DNA of 64,000 bases from the human T2T-CHM13v2.0 reference genome, Homo sapiens: the NCBI RefSeq assembly GCF_009914755.1, contig NC_060943.1; one strand, written 5' to 3'. The notes under the pieces are model-generated. The model was not told the DNA's origin. It made no database searches and worked only from the letters and a program-made list of their open reading frames with translations. Position 1 is the stretch's first letter; each line of letters opens with the position of its first letter. The position numbers were made by a program, and so were the translations under genes. This document shows, piece after piece, positions 59,891 through 64,000 of this stretch.

Positions 59891-60589
59891 CTTTATTGCT
59901 ATGAAGAGGATGGAACCAGGGAATGAGATGGAACCACTGGGGGGTAGCAGTGAGGTCATTTCAGCCAAGGAGGGCCAGAAGGAACCCTCAGAGGAGGTAA
60001 TAGGATAGCAGGGAGGTGATAGCCAGAGAAGGCCACAAGGAGAAAGTGACAGTTCACCCCTCGGAGGAGGTGACAGCCAGGACAGGAGGAGGGCCCCTGG
60101 GAGGAGGCGACATTGGAACACTGGAGCTGAGGCCTGAAGGAGGCCAGCTTCGCAGGTACCTGCGGGGTGTGTTCCGGCAGAGGGAACAGCAGGTACAATC
60201 GCCCTCCCCCATTAGCCTCCTAGGACCATGGGGGCCTGCAGAGAAACTTCTGGCACCACACAAATATGGTTGTCGTGTTTTTCCTTTTTTACTCTGTCCT
60301 CCCCCACCCCCGCCAACTTCCTGGCCTGAATGCTGCTCCTGTGACCCCTTGAGGCGAGTGACCTCGGGGAAGTGGCATTCTGTGCCTCAGTTTCCTTATC
60401 TGGAAAACGGGCCTTGCTCGCGGGGACTTCCCTCCCTAATTCTGCGCAGTATGCATGCATAGGGCAGGCCCTCAATGAACCCTTGCAGAATAAAGGACCG
60501 GCTCATCCCCAGCACCTGGCTCAGTGCGTGCAAGCGGCTACACACTACGGCATAAGATGTTCCCATTTTGCAGACGGGGAAACGGAGGC

Positions 60590-61100
60590 TGGGGAATACC
60601 GGGCCTAGCCGACGGGGGCGGGGCGCAGGGCGCGCACGCTGCGTCTCGGGCCCGGGGGCGCGCACGCCGAGCGGCTGACCGGGGGCGAGGCCGGGGGCTT
60701 GACAGGGGCGTGGCCTCGCGCGGCCGAGAGGCTGCAGCGGCAGCAGCTGTCGCGCCAGTCGCAACAGAAGCAGGTCCGAGGCACAGCCCGATCCCGCCAT
60801 GGAGCAGCCGAGGAAGGCGGTGGTAGTGACGGGTACGCTGGCTGATGGGGGCTGTAGCGGCAGCGGCCGGGGGCAGAGGCGGGGGCGGCTCCGGGACTGC
60901 GGGGCCGAGAGGGGCAGGTGCTGGAAGTCCTCTCAGATTTGGAAGGTGTCATCACCCGCGGGAGCCCCGCGCAGCCCAGGCTTCCTGGAAAGTGGAGGAG
61001 GAGGAGCCTTGGGGGTCCCAGGGTCGGGAGTCAGGGCAGTCGGGCGCGGGGCTTGGGGGGCCGGGCAAAAGCCCGGCGCTGCGCAGGCCCCCCTGGCGTC
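60590..61100 (+). promoter_or_regulatory. PGPEP1: PGPEP1 CpG-island promoter / exon 1 region
   Basis: CpG-dense. GC boxes (GGGGCGGGGC at about 60615, GGGGCGTGGC at about 60705) and two GCGCGCACGC NRF1-like sites (about 60630, 60658). No TATA. Confidence 0.85.
60799..60832 (+). CDS. PGPEP1: Pyroglutamyl-peptidase I exon 1 coding part (MEQPRKAVVVTG)
   Basis: Strong Kozak GCCATGG; donor G|gtacgc at 60833; 34 nt. Confidence 0.95.
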
Positions 61101-62029
61101 CTTTCCTCCCAAGGTGGGGATGGTGACCCTCCTGGCACCTGCCTCCTCTGTCTGGCCTGCGGGCTGGACTGGACCCTTCCTCCCTGCCCCTTCCGAGGTC
61201 CAGCCTGTCCCCACACCGCTCCCCCAACCCCTGGCCCCAGGGGACAAAGGCCGATTTGCGGGCAGGAAGTGTCCCAGTGACAAATGAACCTCCCAGTCAC
61301 TGCTCGCCGCGCCCTGCGCTCCTGGGGGGCTACTCTCCCAAGGCAGGGGCAGGTGGGGGTCCGGGGACCTCGGGCTCTCCCAGCTGTCCCAGGGACTGTC
61401 TTCAGCGGAAACCTTTTTGTGTTTTGTGCCAGGGCTGTTTGTTGGTGAGTCAGGGCCCCTGCTGTCACCGACTCCCCCCCACCCCCAAACCAACTGTTTC
61501 TCCTCCCTGAGACTCCGCCTCGGGGCCACGTGGGGCGCCAACTTCCGCTGGGGCCTCAGAGTCAAGGAGTGGGGGGGTCATTTTGACCTGCTGTCTGGAG
61601 GGGTCAGAGTGGGAAATCCAGCAAAGGTGCACACAGGTGTTTTGTGGCTGTTGAAGGGAGATTGAGGCTGATCCAGGAGATTCAGGGAAGAAGGAAGAAA
61701 CAAGGCACCTGCTTAACAGGTGTGTATAATTGGGAGGAGGGTCACTGCCCCCATCCCTTCCAGCCTTCCTTTATCTGGTTATTTATTCCAGCACTTTTTG
61801 CATGAGCTGATTACATCTTTACTGTCTCCATTTTGCAGAAAGGGAAACTGAGGCTCACAGAGGTCATCCAGTTTGTAAGGGGCTGAGCTGAGACTCAAAC
61901 TTTGGCTGTACAGAAGGATAGAGTTAGGAGGTCCCCTCCTGAGCCACAGCCCCTACCTGCTATCCCAGGCTACAGCATCTCTGCATAGCATTCATATCCT
62001 GTGGGATCACTGGCCCAGATGGACCGTAT

Positions 62030-64000
<1,971 letters not shown>

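Noticed and set aside
60833-61565. Long ORFs continuing from PGPEP1 exon 1 and antisense (162 aa, 210 aa)
   Set aside because: Read-through into the GC-rich intron; the true frame splices at 60832 to exon 2.

Overview
Human (or near-human primate) genomic DNA, recognisable as the Alu-dense, GC-rich JUND-LSM4-PGPEP1 interval of chr19p13.11. It holds the complete intronless JUND CDS (minus, 541-1584) with its TATA/CCAAT/CRE/octamer promoter, and the MIR3188 hairpin on the opposite strand about 450 bp upstream. It also holds a full-length processed RPL39 pseudogene, the complete 5-exon LSM4 gene (minus, 139 aa), a 7SL RNA pseudogene, and the first two coding exons of PGPEP1 (plus, running off the window). 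The rest is dozens of Alus, two solo ERV1 LTRs with intact 4-bp TSDs, a MER1 DNA transposon, MLT1/L1/L2/MIR fragments and simple repeats. Almost all ORF-track entries are Alu-derived, low-complexity or GC-rich chance ORFs. I found no evidence for a new multi-gene system. The most interesting unexplained structures are: (i) a 45-bp inverted duplication of apparently unique sequence (10686-10730 vs 12684-12728) in the putative JUND upstream enhancer region; (ii) a perfect hairpin that buries the LSM4 exon 3 splice donor; (iii) an open frame through the last LSM4 intron that would replace part of the RGG tail; (iv) an RFX+MARE+MEF2 motif cluster at about 14.8 kb; (v) cleanly ordered nested transposon insertions. 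Gene and repeat names come from my recall of known sequences, not from a database search.
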